A stretch of 64,000 bases of DNA, taken from assembly GCA_964510065.1 (NCBI GenBank), contig CAZEAC010000020.1:2799-66798 (forward strand), written 5' to 3'. Positions 1 to 8,185 of the stretch are shown piece by piece; position 1 is the stretch's first letter, and every line of letters begins with the position of its first letter. Origin of the DNA: an uncultured Bdellovibrionales bacterium (GTDB lineage: Bacteria; Bdellovibrionota_C; UBA2361; CAIXSY01). The translations under genes and the position numbers were made by a program. The notes beneath the pieces were generated by a model. That model saw nothing but the letters and a program-made list of their open reading frames with translations. It had not been told where the DNA came from and did no database searches.

Positions 1-414
1 TCCCACGCTGCCTAAAAAGTTATTTTCTGGCCGCATTCGCTTGGTTGGGATGGCACGCCCGACGAATTCGAAACCTGCTGGATCCGGCGACCTGAGTATG
101 GAACTTTGTGATAGCTTTGAAGACTTGCTTGCTGAACTCTTGCCCGACCTAGTCGATTGGCGAACGATTTCGCGTTCCGCCAAAAAGCGGCTCCACTCTT
201 CGGCCTGAATGCCATACGCCTGAAACAATCTCTTCGCTTCGCGGTCGAACGAGGCTATTGAACCGCCAGATTTTGAAGGGCGGATACGCAAAACGAGCTC
301 ACCGAGCTTCTCTCGGACAATTTGAAAGGTTTCTTCGCTCAAAGTAATTTTTACTGCGCCACTGTCTGATTGACGTAAATCGTTACGACTATCGTGCTTC
401 CATGGAGGCGGCAT
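1..414 (-). CDS. hypothetical protein, partial (3' end runs off the left window edge)
   Basis: My own minus-strand translation starts at ATG 414-412 (MPPPWKHDSRNDLRQSDSGAVKITLSEETFQIVREKLGELV...). It stays open for 138 codons to position 1. It is absent from the ORF track because no stop lies inside the window. No family recognised. Confidence 0.3.
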   Translation of the reverse strand, partial: MPPPWKHDSRNDLRQSDSGAVKITLSEETFQIVREKLGELVLRIRPSKSGGSIASFDREAKRLFQAYGIQAEEWSRFLAEREIVRQSTRSGKSSASKSSKLSQSSILRSPDPAGFEFVGRAIPTKRMRPENNFLGSVG

Positions 415-618
415 CGGATAAACTCCCTATCCAGCTTATACCGGAGAGCTCACGCAAACAAAGGAAATTACCACTCGAGACAAGAGCTAACGGTTTAGAC
501 ATTAGCCTAGCCCGGCGGTAACGGGAATTCTGTTAGCCTACCGCGTGCTCCTATTTTACATTGCTTTCAGGAGCCCGGAATAGTACCTTGCTCTCCAACC
601 TAATCGGGGACAATTGTT

Positions 619-984
619 ATGACTGTAGCGCAAAGTCGGATCAACGAGGCGAAGCTTTCTTCGGATCAATTTGATCAGATTATTACCGCCGGATATCGTA
701 GCTTTCATCCTTCTACGATGTCTCGAGCGCTGGACTATTTGGAAAGTCATGGTCGAGCAGACCCGCTGCAGGTCTCTTCGCTACGGACGCTATGGAACGA
801 TTGGAAAGAGTGGCAGGAGCAGAAATCTGACCCCGGGCACCGCAATTTCGCTGGACCAATGACTGTTAAACTTATTTGGCAGCCACGCGAGGAGCGTCTT
901 GTTAAACTTGAGAAGATGACGACCAAACCATCTGGTTTGCACAGTGCAGCGATTTCACATCGCGAACTGCTCGATACACTTTAA
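619..984 (+). CDS. hypothetical protein (121 aa)
   Basis: ATG-initiated ORF divergent from the edge ORF. Soluble Trp/Glu-rich sequence with no motif recognised. Confidence 0.35.
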   Translation: MTVAQSRINEAKLSSDQFDQIITAGYRSFHPSTMSRALDYLESHGRADPLQVSSLRTLWNDWKEWQEQKSDPGHRNFAGPMTVKLIWQPREERLVKLEKMTTKPSGLHSAAISHRELLDTL

Positions 985-1222
985 AGCAGCTCAATTACCG
1001 GTCTTATCTGTGACTTGGCATTTCTCACCAGGCCTCGGCGCAAGGACATCGATCGCAGGTAAAGTTAAAGAAGTCCCTCGAAGCAGCACAATGGTAGTAT
1101 CTGCTCACTGAGGTCGCGTAACCAATTTTTTAGGGAATCTAGTTGGCCCGGGCCTTGCAGGAGGACTCGCCTACGTACGGGATTTCCATCCGCGGCTCTA
1201 GGATGATATAATTCTATTTTAT

Positions 1223-3829
1223 ATGGTTTTACCCGCTGTTTTTCGTATTTGCGCCGAGCCCTCGCGAGCATTCCTATTCCTCGTACTTCTTGCCGCTGCT
1301 CCGGTGTCTTCACAACCTGTTATATCAAATATCAGCCCCGATTCAGGGCCACAGCCAATAGAGCACGGTGTTCCCATAACGTTTAGCACCGATCAGCCAG
1401 CGGTATGTCGATTCACTTCAAATTCAAATCTTCTTTCAAATTTTGATTCCATGTCGATGATGGAGTCCGACTTTGCAATAAGCACCGGGCCAAGTGTTCC
1501 AGACCCAATTAGGTATGACACACTACCGCTATGGAAAACATCTCACCGCCACGTGGTATCAAATTTTACCGTTACGCCCAGGCATACCTACTATGTAAAA
1601 TGTAAAAATCAGCTGGGGCAGCTAAGTACACATAGCACGATTGATTTTTCATCCGTTTCCGGAGGCTCACCTAACTCGCCGCAGGCGCTGGGCCAACAAG
1701 TGACACTCGCGGTGAGCACGAGTGAACCGAGTAGCTGCCGCTTCTCTGCCCAGGCGAATCAAACATTTGCGGCAATGGCTCCTTTTACCTCGGACGTCTC
1801 CGGGCCAAAGACACTGCATTCTACATCCGGGGCGAGTCCGCTTAATGGCGAGCGACTATTTTATTATGTCAAATGCCAAGATGGACAGGGGAAGACTTCG
1901 GTACTCGATTACGTTGTTGGCTATTCCGGAATTTCTACTGCCGCACTCGATAATCTTATTCCCGCCGATCGACGAATTACATGGGCAAATAATGTCGGCG
2001 TACTACAAACCGACAACACCACTCGCGGAATTCCTTCTCGTCCCACGCCGAATGGCGCAAACATTTGCGCGGATGTAAGCGCGGCTCCCTACAACGCTGA
2101 TAAGACTGGAAGCACCGATGCGACGCCTGCATTTAAGTTAGCAGTTCGCCACTGCCTCGATACCAAGGCCGACAATCAGGTGATCAGTGTGCCCGCAGGT
2201 ACATACCGCCTCAATGGACCTGTCGAAGTACAAAAAACTTGGGGTGACTTTTTACCAGTACCGATTACGATTCGTGGCGCCGGGTCAGGAGTGACGACAA
2301 TAAAACAATATGGTTCCGGCTCCTTTACACTCGGAGGAAGTAGCCCTTATCAAACATTTGCACTTGGGAACGATGCGCAGAAGGGCGACAGCAACATTAA
2401 CTTAGTCGATCCCTCGATTGTTAAGGTGGGACAGCTTTTAAGGATTGAGCAGGACGGCGATCCTTCATTTGTTATTAAAAACGGGAACAATCAGACGCCC
2501 GCCGGACTAAAGCAGTGGATTCGAGTAACCGGGAAAAGTGGCAATAACATCACTTTTGTGCCACCGCTTTATCTTTCTTATACGACTGCGCGGCGAGCGA
2601 CAGTGATTCCTTACTACTATTTTACTGATCTTACTGGCGTGGAGGACATGACAATTGACCACGTAGGCGATCCGGGAAGCGACTATGCGGGAATATGGAT
2701 TAATGGCTGTACAAGTTGTTGGATAAAAAACGTCGAGTCGAAAAATGCCGCGACTTACCATTTTGCAGTCGCGAACTCACTTTTTACTGAAATTCGAGAC
2801 TCCTATCTACATTCTACCACCGGTGTTGCCGCCCCCAATCAGGCCGGAATTATTCTCTCCTCAAGTGGCGGAGCGCTGATTGAAAACAACAGCTTTGATC
2901 GAATGTATCCCTCGATTGAGGCGTTCGGTGACGTAAATGGCAGCGCATTCGCCTACAACTACAGCTACAAGCCAACACAGGGCGGCGCAATTAACTCAGA
3001 TTATTATCTGAATCACGGACCTTTTAATCACATGGACCTTTGGGAAGGTAATGTAGGTGTGTACGCCGAATCTGATGGATATTTCGGTGGTGCAAGCCAC
3101 CACACTCTTTTTAGAAACTGGTTTAGCGGCACACATCCAGATCAGGCAGTAGGCCGAATCGCCGTGGCGCTCAAACGCTGGACCTACTACTTCAATCTTG
3201 TAGGAAATGTGTTCGGGATTCCGAATTACAATAATTCTGTCGGAACTTTGAATGGCGCGGGGCAGTATGAGGCGCTTTCGCGGTATAACGGAAGCTTCCC
3301 AGTCATCTATCAATTCGGCTTTCCCAATGTCGGAAACAACTGGGGCACGGGATTAACCAATCCACCACATCTGCCAGTTCCCGTCACAAAGCCGGAAGAT
3401 CTTATCCGCGACGATGGCACTGCGATTACAACGATTTCAAATCAGACGTTGGACGCAAATTTCTCGAATGGGCAGTTCGATCTTAATGTCGCTGCTACAA
3501 CCTATCGACACGGAAACTTTGATTACGTGAGCAATGCGGTTGTCTGGCATCCTGCGGTAAATGGACGTGTGCTTCCCGCCTCGATGTACCTATCTTCAAA
3601 GCCGGCTTGGTTTGGTAACCTGCCCTTTCCCGCTATCGGCCCTGACGTCAGTGGCGGAAACCAAACCAGAAAAGCGGCCACCGAACTCCTGACTGATGCA
3701 GATATATTGCTGCCAATGGCAAATAAGATTCCCGCGCAAGTATGTTTTGAGCAGGGCAAGATGCCAAACTGCTTGATTACTGGAAATTCGTTCGCACCTA
3801 GCGCTCCACAGAACTTGAAGGTGCAGTAG
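1223..3829 (+). CDS. secreted right-handed beta-helix (pectate-lyase-superfamily-like) protein with two N-terminal Ig-like modules
   Basis: 868-aa ORF with a signal-like N-terminus (FLFLVLLAAAPVSS). Two tandem ~90-aa modules share ...CRF(T/S)...YYVKC(K/Q).... The segment YNADKTGSTDATPAFKLAVRHC resembles the start of pectate-lyase-3 type beta-helix domains. The body is Gly/Asn-rich and repetitive. Confidence 0.7.
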   Translation: MVLPAVFRICAEPSRAFLFLVLLAAAPVSSQPVISNISPDSGPQPIEHGVPITFSTDQPAVCRFTSNSNLLSNFDSMSMMESDFAISTGPSVPDPIRYDTLPLWKTSHRHVVSNFTVTPRHTYYVKCKNQLGQLSTHSTIDFSSVSGGSPNSPQALGQQVTLAVSTSEPSSCRFSAQANQTFAAMAPFTSDVSGPKTLHSTSGASPLNGERLFYYVKCQDGQGKTSVLDYVVGYSGISTAALDNLIPADRRITWANNVGVLQTDNTTRGIPSRPTPNGANICADVSAAPYNADKTGSTDATPAFKLAVRHCLDTKADNQVISVPAGTYRLNGPVEVQKTWGDFLPVPITIRGAGSGVTTIKQYGSGSFTLGGSSPYQTFALGNDAQKGDSNINLVDPSIVKVGQLLRIEQDGDPSFVIKNGNNQTPAGLKQWIRVTGKSGNNITFVPPLYLSYTTARRATVIPYYYFTDLTGVEDMTIDHVGDPGSDYAGIWINGCTSCWIKNVESKNAATYHFAVANSLFTEIRDSYLHSTTGVAAPNQAGIILSSSGGALIENNSFDRMYPSIEAFGDVNGSAFAYNYSYKPTQGGAINSDYYLNHGPFNHMDLWEGNVGVYAESDGYFGGASHHTLFRNWFSGTHPDQAVGRIAVALKRWTYYFNLVGNVFGIPNYNNSVGTLNGAGQYEALSRYNGSFPVIYQFGFPNVGNNWGTGLTNPPHLPVPVTKPEDLIRDDGTAITTISNQTLDANFSNGQFDLNVAATTYRHGNFDYVSNAVVWHPAVNGRVLPASMYLSSKPAWFGNLPFPAIGPDVSGGNQTRKAATELLTDADILLPMANKIPAQVCFEQGKMPNCLITGNSFAPSAPQNLKVQ

Positions 3830-4404
3830 TTCGCGACGATACAGAAGGGGTCCGCGGGAATCCCGGTCTTACTCTGAGAACTCTTACTCCCATTGCCTTT
3901 CCGAATCTTCCTCTGAAATCTCGCGATTGTGGATTTAATTGGAGTAGGTTGTTAATCACTTCGCTAGCGCCGTATATATTTTATTTCCGCAACGTTAGAT
4001 CTTCATTATCACCGCAAAAAATGGCGCTTTTTTCGTGATTTCTCTTTGACTACTTTTTAGAGTTACAGTATTCTTACCAATATAGGGTGACTTCTGGTTC
4101 AACATTCTATGAAGAATAGGCAGAAATATATTTCGTTTATGAACGCTGAACAGGCGGGTAATGCCGATAATGGCATTTACCTTGTCGATTCGGCGTATCC
4201 GAAACGTTGATTTCCGCCTTTCTCGCGTTGGCGGAGTCATACCGCTGACGAATTTTCAATACTTACAACAAGTCGGGAAATAATAGTCAGGGCGTTGTCG
4301 CGGAGCGAGAGCTTCTCTCTCTTTGATTACGCGTGGTGTGGCACTCCAACGAAAAAAAATCGTGGGTCTCGAAAAAATCGGGATCGGCATGAAGGGATAC
4401 GTGT

Positions 4405-6210
4405 ATGCAAAAAATGAAAAGGAAAAATGTAATCATCTTCCTTGCGCAAAGCATGTGGGAATATGCGCGAGGCTACCGAAAATGGGTTGTTCTGTACGCC
4501 TCGATGGCGTGCATTGCAATTCTGGTAAGCCTGCTCAGTCCACTAGTGATGGCAAAGTTGATGAAGCTAGTACAAACGCAGAGCGGTGACACTCTGATTA
4601 CCGGGGCTGGAAAGTACCTCGCGCTCTACGTGCTGATTGGAGTGGCCTTCTGGCTGCTTCACGGCCCGAGCCGAGTCATTGAGACAGTAGTGTCATTTAT
4701 TGTGAAGCGAGCGCTACAGATGACGCTTTTTCACAAAATAACGGCACTACCTATGAAATGGCATCGCGATCACCACTCCGGCGAGACTATCGACCAGATG
4801 GCGAAAGCCTCGCAGGCATTGGGAGACTTCACAGAATGCGGTTTTGAGGTGATTCACCTCGCTACGCGCTTCATCGGTGCGGTGGCCGTGTTGACCTGGC
4901 TTATGCCTTGGGCCGGCATGGCGGTAATCACGGTGGGCGTCTTTGCTGCCGCGACTATCATGCTCTTCGACCGGAAACTGGTCGTGCAGTACACCACGCT
5001 GAATAAGCGCTTCAACGAGGTAGCGGCATCGATTCAGGACTACCTGACCAACGTGGCGACAGTGATAAGCCTGCGCCTCGAGGATCGGGTAGCACGGGAA
5101 GTACGCGAAAGGACGGACAGAATACTGCCGCTCTGGCGCGGGAACACCGTGCTCAACGAGCTGAAGTGGTTTACCACCAATAAGTTCGTCGACTTCACTC
5201 ATGCTGGAGTGCTGTTCGGATTCATCGTCGTGATGGTGAAGTCTGGCCGAACGATAGAAATCGGTATGATGTACGCGCTCAGCGAGTACCTTCGTACCAT
5301 AGGCGAATCGTTTTACCAGTTCACTTCGAAGTACGGTGATCTGGTGGTGAAATGCGCACGCGTGCGAAGCGTCGAACATATCGAGCAGGCGTTCGACGAG
5401 CAGGTACGCGCCTCAGACCTGGCAAGGCTGCCTGAAGGGTGGCGCCAGATCGAAGTCAGTGGACTTACCTTCGTGCACGACGGCGTCAGCGATGACGAAC
5501 GCGCGCTCGGAGTTCGAGGCGTTGACATCACGCTCGAGCGCGGCAAGTCGTATGCCTTTGTCGGCGAAAGCGGCAGCGGCAAATCGACCGTGCTCAAACT
5601 ACTTCGCGGCCTGATTCGCCCAGAGTCGGCGCAAGTGAGCGTGGACGGTACGGTCTTGCCGTACGGCTTGCACCATGTGGCGCACCACACCACACTCATT
5701 CCGCAAGATCCAGAGATCTTTGCGGAAACGATCCGCTTTAACGTCGGTATGGGCGTTGCGGCTTCGGACGAGCAGGTGCGACAAGCGCTAACTTTGGCCC
5801 GATTCGCGGCTGTACTTGCACGACTCCCTCGTGGGCTCGATACAAGCATCGCCGAAAAAGGCGTAAGCCTGAGTGGCGGTGAAAAGCAGCGGCTTGCAGT
5901 AGCTCGTGGGTTGTTTTTCGTTCGAGAGAGCAATTCCGAGCTGGTGCTACTGGACGAGCCGACAAGCAGCGTCGACGGTTATAATGAGCGGCTGATATAC
6001 GAGGGCGTGCTCCGTGAATTTGCGGATCGCTGCGTGGTAACAGCAATTCATAAGTTCAACCTGTTGCACCTTTTCGATGAGGTGCTGGTGTTCGCTAACG
6101 GGCGCTTGGTTGAACGTGGAACCGTTGAAGAGCTTCGCGAGCGTGGAGCCGAGTTCAGCAGACTTTGGAACACTTTCGCGAACGAGTCGACCTTAAGGAA
6201 GGTTATCTAA
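4405..6210 (+). CDS. ABC exporter, fused permease/ATPase (MsbA/ABCB-like)
   Basis: Hydrophobic N-terminal half. Walker A GESGSGKST, ABC signature LSGGEKQRLAVARGL, Walker B LVLLDEPTSSVD. Confidence 0.9.
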   Translation: MQKMKRKNVIIFLAQSMWEYARGYRKWVVLYASMACIAILVSLLSPLVMAKLMKLVQTQSGDTLITGAGKYLALYVLIGVAFWLLHGPSRVIETVVSFIVKRALQMTLFHKITALPMKWHRDHHSGETIDQMAKASQALGDFTECGFEVIHLATRFIGAVAVLTWLMPWAGMAVITVGVFAAATIMLFDRKLVVQYTTLNKRFNEVAASIQDYLTNVATVISLRLEDRVAREVRERTDRILPLWRGNTVLNELKWFTTNKFVDFTHAGVLFGFIVVMVKSGRTIEIGMMYALSEYLRTIGESFYQFTSKYGDLVVKCARVRSVEHIEQAFDEQVRASDLARLPEGWRQIEVSGLTFVHDGVSDDERALGVRGVDITLERGKSYAFVGESGSGKSTVLKLLRGLIRPESAQVSVDGTVLPYGLHHVAHHTTLIPQDPEIFAETIRFNVGMGVAASDEQVRQALTLARFAAVLARLPRGLDTSIAEKGVSLSGGEKQRLAVARGLFFVRESNSELVLLDEPTSSVDGYNERLIYEGVLREFADRCVVTAIHKFNLLHLFDEVLVFANGRLVERGTVEELRERGAEFSRLWNTFANESTLRKVI

Positions 6211-6219
6211 CTATTCACA

Positions 6220-6250
6220 GGGCTGATCCGAAAGGATCAGCCCTTTTTTT
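6220..6250 (+). terminator. rho-independent terminator after the ABC exporter gene
   Basis: GGGCTGATCC-GAAA-GGATCAGCCC followed by TTTTTTT, 10 nt after the TAA stop at 6208-6210. Confidence 0.85.
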
Positions 6251-6348
6251 AAGCACAAACAGCAACTGATCTATACAAACACTCTATTTCAGCATAGAGT
6301 TACGAGCTGATTGCTGTATAAGTCGTACCACAGAAGACCTTAGTTAGA

Positions 6349-6693
6349 TTGTCGCGAATTGGATTTTTCTGGAGTGCAGTTCTGATGAGTAGTCTGCGAA
6401 TGGGTTTCCTTTCATGCGAAGGTGGTCAGCGAATTCCCGTCAAAGTGAAGAGATGGCGCGAACGCACTCTTGTCGAATGTGATTATCCTCTCGACCTGCT
6501 CTCACATCTGGGCCTTGCCGACTTCGCTCGTGATGAGCTCGAGGGAGTTATTGTTCGCGGCGTGGTTATTCCTGGGGAAGGCGGTTTCTTTCAACTCTTT
6601 GATACTTTTGGCGCGATGCATCGCGAGCCTCTCTTTCTCGCACAAGCGGATGCCGACAAAAAATTTCTAAATTCATTAATATGGGAAGTATAG
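6349..6693 (+). CDS. hypothetical small protein (doubtful)
   Basis: TTG-initiated 114-aa ORF overlapping the regulator start by 13 nt. No motif recognised. An alternative ATG lies at 6373. Confidence 0.25.
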   Translation: MSRIGFFWSAVLMSSLRMGFLSCEGGQRIPVKVKRWRERTLVECDYPLDLLSHLGLADFARDELEGVIVRGVVIPGEGGFFQLFDTFGAMHREPLFLAQADADKKFLNSLIWEV

Positions 6694-8027
6694 GCCATCG
6701 CGTTTTAGTGGTCGACGATGAGCCGGCTGTTGCCGCCGCGCACGTGAGCCTCCTTCATCAGCTGGGCTATGATGCGCAGTACACCGAAGATTCTCGGCAA
6801 GTATATAAACTCGTGCGCGAGCTCGGCATTGAAATAGTAATGCTTGATCTACGCATGCCTCTTTTAGACGGCACGGAAGTGTTAAAAGAACTGCGCCTCC
6901 GCGCACCGCAGGTTGGCGTGGTTATCGCTACCGTGGTTAACGATATCGAGCAGGCGGTCCGCGCAATCAAATCGGGAGCTTATAATTACCTGCTAAAACC
7001 TATCACAGGTGAGCGCCTAGGCGCGATTCTGCGCTCATACTTTGAAAATCGCCAAGGCACCCTAGTTGGTTCGACTCATTTCACCAATTTTGTGACCCAG
7101 GCGCCGCAGTTTGAGGAGATTTTTCGAAAAGTAGTTGCATATGCCAAGGCCGATATCCCGGTTCTTGTATGCGGCGAAACTGGTACCGGTAAAGAGCTTG
7201 TCGCGCAATTTCTTCACGCGACTAGCCCGCGCCGTGACGCCCCCTTTATTGCGGTGAATGTCGCTGCGATTCCCGAGGAGATATTCGAATCTGAAATGTT
7301 TGGCCATCGTCGCGGAAGTTTTACCGGGGCGATCCGCGACAAGATTGGCTATTTCGAAGCCGCTGGCGAAGGGACTCTTTTCCTTGACGAAATCGGCGAG
7401 CTCACTCAGGAGCAGCAGAAGAAGCTCCTTCGTGTGCTGCAAGAGAAGCAGTTTTGCAAAATCGGCGACACCACACCCGTGCGGATGGCCGGACGAGTCG
7501 TTTTTGCGACCAATCGTGATCTAAAGGCACTCTCGCGGCAGGGTCAGATGCGTGAGGACCTTTATTTCCGGCTTAGCAGCCATATCGTGACGCTTCCGCC
7601 GCTTCGCGAGCGGGGTGGCGATATTAGAATTCTTGCCCGCTACTTTTTTAAAAAATACTGTTCGCAATATGGACGGCTGCTCGATCAAATCGAGGAAGAA
7701 ACCTTTGCGATATTAGAGGCATACGCCTACCCAGGAAACGTTCGCGAACTCGAGGGAATAATTAGCTCGGCGGTATTACTTGAACAGAGCTCGAATCTGC
7801 GTGCCTGCTCTCTTCCAAGCCACCTCCTTGAACCTCAGACCAGCACCGATGATCTGACCTCGTTAGAATCGGTTCGGTTTCAGACAATATTTTCGGCGCT
7901 CAATGAATACGATGGCAATCAGACCAAAGCGGCAAAAAAACTTGGGATTGCTCGTGAAACCCTTAATCGATTTTTACGACAATACCGTAACCGAGCAGCG
8001 GGGTCGTCAAATAGATTCACGCCGTGA
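6681..8027 (+). CDS. sigma-54-dependent response regulator (NtrC-family enhancer-binding protein)
   Basis: REC domain (VLVVDDEP...MLDLRMPLLDG). AAA+ Walker A GETGTGKE, ESEMFGH and the GSFTGA (GAFTGA-type) loop. C-terminal Fis-type HTH (GNQTKAAKKLGIARETLNRFL). Confidence 0.92.
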   Translation: MGSIGHRVLVVDDEPAVAAAHVSLLHQLGYDAQYTEDSRQVYKLVRELGIEIVMLDLRMPLLDGTEVLKELRLRAPQVGVVIATVVNDIEQAVRAIKSGAYNYLLKPITGERLGAILRSYFENRQGTLVGSTHFTNFVTQAPQFEEIFRKVVAYAKADIPVLVCGETGTGKELVAQFLHATSPRRDAPFIAVNVAAIPEEIFESEMFGHRRGSFTGAIRDKIGYFEAAGEGTLFLDEIGELTQEQQKKLLRVLQEKQFCKIGDTTPVRMAGRVVFATNRDLKALSRQGQMREDLYFRLSSHIVTLPPLRERGGDIRILARYFFKKYCSQYGRLLDQIEEETFAILEAYAYPGNVRELEGIISSAVLLEQSSNLRACSLPSHLLEPQTSTDDLTSLESVRFQTIFSALNEYDGNQTKAAKKLGIARETLNRFLRQYRNRAAGSSNRFTP

Positions 8028-8032
8028 TTTGA

Positions 8033-8071
8033 TGTGATCTCCGATCACAACGCACTGTGATCGCCAATCAC
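8033..8071. promoter_or_regulatory. candidate upstream activator sites (two related palindromes)
   Basis: TGTGATC-TCC-GATCACA (8033-8049) and GTGAT-CGCCA-ATCAC (8057-8071), 60-100 bp upstream of the -24/-12 element. Confidence 0.3.
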
Positions 8072-8130
8072 TCCTCTTCCAGTATTTAAAGCTCTACTCC
8101 TCTGCAGCTTAACTCCACTCTCCAAGAAGT

Positions 8131-8146
8131 TGGCACAACAATTGCC
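8131..8146 (+). promoter_or_regulatory. sigma-54 (-24/-12) promoter
   Basis: TGGCAC-AACAA-TTGC matches the consensus TGGCAC-N5-TTGC, with GG and GC exactly 10 nt apart. It lies 40 nt upstream of ATG 8186, which has a GGGGGA Shine-Dalgarno. It sits immediately downstream of the sigma-54 activator gene. Confidence 0.6.
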
Positions 8147-8185
8147 TAAGAGATTCTCGTACGTGCTTTTAAGGGGGAAATTATT

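Noticed and set aside
1065-1313. 82-aa minus-strand ORF overlapping the start of the beta-helix gene.
   Set aside because: It overlaps the signal-peptide region of a much better supported gene on the other strand and has no motif.
4163-4170. GCCGATAA, the sigma-28 -10 consensus. A second copy lies on the minus strand at 41604-41611 inside flhA.
   Set aside because: No TAAA -35 element sits at the required ~15-nt spacing in either case. One copy is inside a coding region and the other is not upstream of a credible gene.
3995-4240. 81-aa basic minus-strand ORF in the AT-rich desert.
   Set aside because: No motif, no convincing ribosome-binding site, and a composition typical of AT-rich non-coding DNA. 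It is kept only as a remark in the gene-desert finding.
4747-5933. Two long minus-strand ORFs (210 and 206 aa) antisense to the ABC exporter gene.
   Set aside because: The plus strand carries unambiguous Walker A, signature and Walker B motifs. The antisense translations are Arg/Ser/His-rich low-complexity sequence, typical of GC-rich antisense frames.
6349-6693. A PilZ-type c-di-GMP receptor upstream of the sigma-54 regulator (an RWRER motif is present).
   Set aside because: The second PilZ motif (D/N-x-S-x-x-G) is absent at the expected spacing. Even the ORF's coding status is doubtful.
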